Shown here: in pieces, positions 63,591-64,000 of the stretch
How the letters are laid out: each line of letters starts with the position of its first letter
How positions within the stretch are numbered: position 1 is the first letter of the stretch
NCBI RefSeq assembly: GCF_006345805.1
Contig: NC_042999.1
Span: forward strand, 25,978,001 to 26,042,000
Length of the DNA: 64,000 bases
DNA from: Octopus sinensis
Taxonomy: Eukaryota
Reading direction: 5' to 3'
Notes under the pieces: generated by a model
Told to the model about the DNA's origin: nothing
Databases searched by the model: none
Seen by the model: the letters and a program-made list of their open reading frames with translations, nothing else
Program-made: the position numbers and the translations under genes

Positions 63591-64000
63591 TATATAATAT
63601 ATATATATATATATATATACTCACGCACGCACACACACGCACACACATATATAGACATAGATATGCGTGTGTGTGAGTTATTTCATATTCGCCCGATGTT
63701 TGTCGCATGTGTAAATAGTAAATACAGGTTTCGTCTGCATAGAAGCTCGATGAATTGCATTTTTACTAGTCGAAATATCAGCGATTGAATTCCTTCATGA
63801 GAAAGTAATCGTATTAAACTAAACGTCAGCCTGACTTGTTTATTATAACACTTTTTATCATTAGCTGGAAGTCACAATTTCAAGGAAGAATCTAAAAACC
63901 CATTAAATGGAAACATTACTGATAGCTTTCTGAAAATTGTAGAAGGGTGAAATGTGAAGTTGTATGACTTCGAAATTTTGAAATCAGGGCAGAATGAAGA

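Overview
AT-rich animal genomic DNA saturated with microsatellites and retro/DNA transposon relics. The SINE families and the (TA)n/(TACA)n/(AAT)n load look like an octopus (coleoid cephalopod) genome; this is my inference and needs a BLAST check. I found no convincing host protein-coding exon, rRNA, true tRNA gene or CRISPR array, so the window is most likely a large intron or intergenic DNA. Most supplied ORFs are translated microsatellites, or pieces or antisense frames of decayed elements. Recognisable content: several tRNA-derived SINE families (called A-D here, some with clear target-site duplications); REL-endonuclease non-LTR retrotransposons of the R4/Dong type embedded in (AAT)n; HERO-like, Tx1/L1-like and RTE fragments; three mariner and two Tc1 relics; two copies of an 8-bp-TSD MITE carrying telomere-like repeats; a foldback MITE; a probable solo LTR; and Penelope-like element ends with minimal hammerhead-ribozyme-like motifs abutting (TA)n. 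The most interesting leads are: (1) a repeated non-canonical minimal hammerhead variant; (2) an unclassified ~550-bp element tandemly inserted in (AAT)n inside an island of (AAT)n-targeting retroelements; (3) an in-frame mariner/Tc1 chimeric transposase relic; (4) a Tc1 relic with D(36)E spacing; (5) inverted SINE pairs and hairpins that could feed ADAR or small-RNA pathways. Coordinates were read by eye and may be off by a few bases.
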